Shown one piece after another: positions 37,512-38,303 of a DNA stretch of 38,303 bases. The notes under the pieces were generated by a model that saw only the letters and a list, made by a program, of their open reading frames with translations, did no database searches and was not told the origin of the DNA. Both the position numbers and the translations under genes were made by a program. The stretch spans positions 160 to 38,462 of the forward strand of contig DFBE01000015.1 of assembly GCA_002367275.1 (NCBI GenBank). The letters are read 5' to 3'. This DNA is from Dehalococcoidia bacterium UBA3088 (GTDB taxonomy: Bacteria; Chloroflexota; Dehalococcoidia; UBA2247; UBA3088). Position 1 is the stretch's first letter, and the number at the start of each line of letters is the position of its first letter.

Positions 37512-37645
37512 TCAATGGAGAAGCTTTCGCTGTCATAGGTCTCCCAGTCTACAGCACAAATTTGCTGGATTGGCATAGCTAGTAAAGCTAGGCTTAGGAA
37601 GATTCCCATCATAAGCTTCCATCCCCTGCTCAACCTTTTTACCAT
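37463..37645 (-). pseudogene. Truncated secreted protein (signal peptide plus PsbP-like start)
   Basis: RBS AGGAGG, signal peptide, then WETYDSESFSIDYPAD; ends within the regulator's 3' end. Confidence 0.5.
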
Positions 37646-37810
37646 TGCTATGAACCTCCTTTCTTTTACTGGTTGTCATTTTTACTACTGCCCCGCTTTC
37701 CAACTAGAACTTAATATACCCTTACCACCTTCTTTTTGCTCTTGTCTATAATCTCCAGTTCATCCTTCAGCAGGCATTCTTGAGTTTATCCCAAGCCCAT
37801 AGGGATCTTA

Positions 37811-38149
37811 TCAGTAACGAACCTGCGCCCCTCTTTCCTCAAGCTGGGGGATGTAAACTTTAATTGAGGTAGTGCTTAACGGATTATCCTTTAAATCCAC
37901 GTTATCCCCCTCAGAAAGCCCTGCGTTGTCAACCAAAGGCTTTATGTCACTTATTTGGTTGCAGTTAAGGGACAGATTTTTCAGATTGGTAAGGTTGGAA
38001 AGGGGTGATATGTCGCTTATTTTGTTTCCGTTAAGACTCAGCCGTGTCAGGTTGGTGAGATTTGAAAGCGCAGAGATATCGCTTATTCGGTTCAGCCCAA
38101 GAAACAGCACTGCCAGGTTGGTGAGATTTGAAAGCGGTGATAGATTCAA
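37811..38149 (-). pseudogene. 5'-truncated internalin-like leucine-rich-repeat protein
   Basis: 22-aa repeats LSNLTNL..L.L..N.ISDI; begins mid-repeat; the upstream frame is non-LRR low-complexity DNA. Confidence 0.75.
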
Positions 38150-38303
38150 ATGACCAAAATCAAAAAACCCAAAACAAGAAGAGGGAGGAAGGGGAGTTAT
38201 AAAAAACTCAGTGGCTATAAGGTCTTGGTCATTTGGGTTTAGATATTGTTTAGGATTTAGGGTTTCGAATTTAGGGTTTATGCACCCACGTCATTGCGAA
38301 GGG
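38145..38303. repeat. Low-complexity inverted/tandem repeat element plus start of a GTCATTGCGA REP-like unit
   Basis: AAATGACCAA (38148-57) pairs with TTGGTCATTT (38225-34); about 7-nt TTTAG(G) units at 38232-38279; GTCATTGCGA at 38290-99. Confidence 0.6.

Noticed and set aside
535-38153. The many short overlapping or antisense ORFs in the track (for example 1669-2079, 8787-9239, 30759-31292)
   Set aside because: They lie within well-supported genes in other frames and show no recognisable motifs.
37950-38280. CRISPR array
   Set aside because: The repeats are 66-nt coding LRR units and short heptamers, with no repeat-spacer structure and no cas genes.

Overview
A 38.3 kb stretch of bacterial chromosome from an anaerobe. 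It is probably Chloroflexota (Dehalococcoidia-like), inferred from the 16S 3' segment, the unlinked rRNA gene and the gene content. Left half, mostly housekeeping: the 3' end of a 16S rRNA gene with no 23S after it, comEC/comEA, an ADP-forming acyl-CoA ligase beta subunit, PadR plus a membrane partner, an nfnA-nfnB-apgM-lysC-M20 operon, a yebC-ruvC-ruvA-thyX-folP-folK-PTPS operon, and degV-dak2-hrcA. Middle, accessory region with signs of decay: an IS200 TnpA homologue that has lost its catalytic residues but keeps a strong promoter, DUF763, AmrS, a deleted DUF72, a sirtuin, a B12 radical SAM protein, a PlsC-like gene and tRNA-Gly. Right half, the most interesting part: a 13.6 kb nitrogen-assimilation island of two operons, each with a sigma70 promoter followed closely by an NrpR-type operator. 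Operon A (nrpR-hisF1-stand-alone GltB FMN domain-ferredoxin-decayed nuoF-like gene) has acceptor enzymes but no glutaminase, and HisF1 has lost HisH-interface residues. Operon B (ferredoxin-hisH-flavoprotein-gltB1-hisF2-gltB2-gltB3-asnB-methylase-GlnR-like regulator) interleaves a complete HisFH with an archaeal-type split glutamate synthase. Hypothesis: paired ammonia-dependent and glutamine-dependent nitrogen-incorporation modules. All calls come from reading motifs by eye; no database searches were run.
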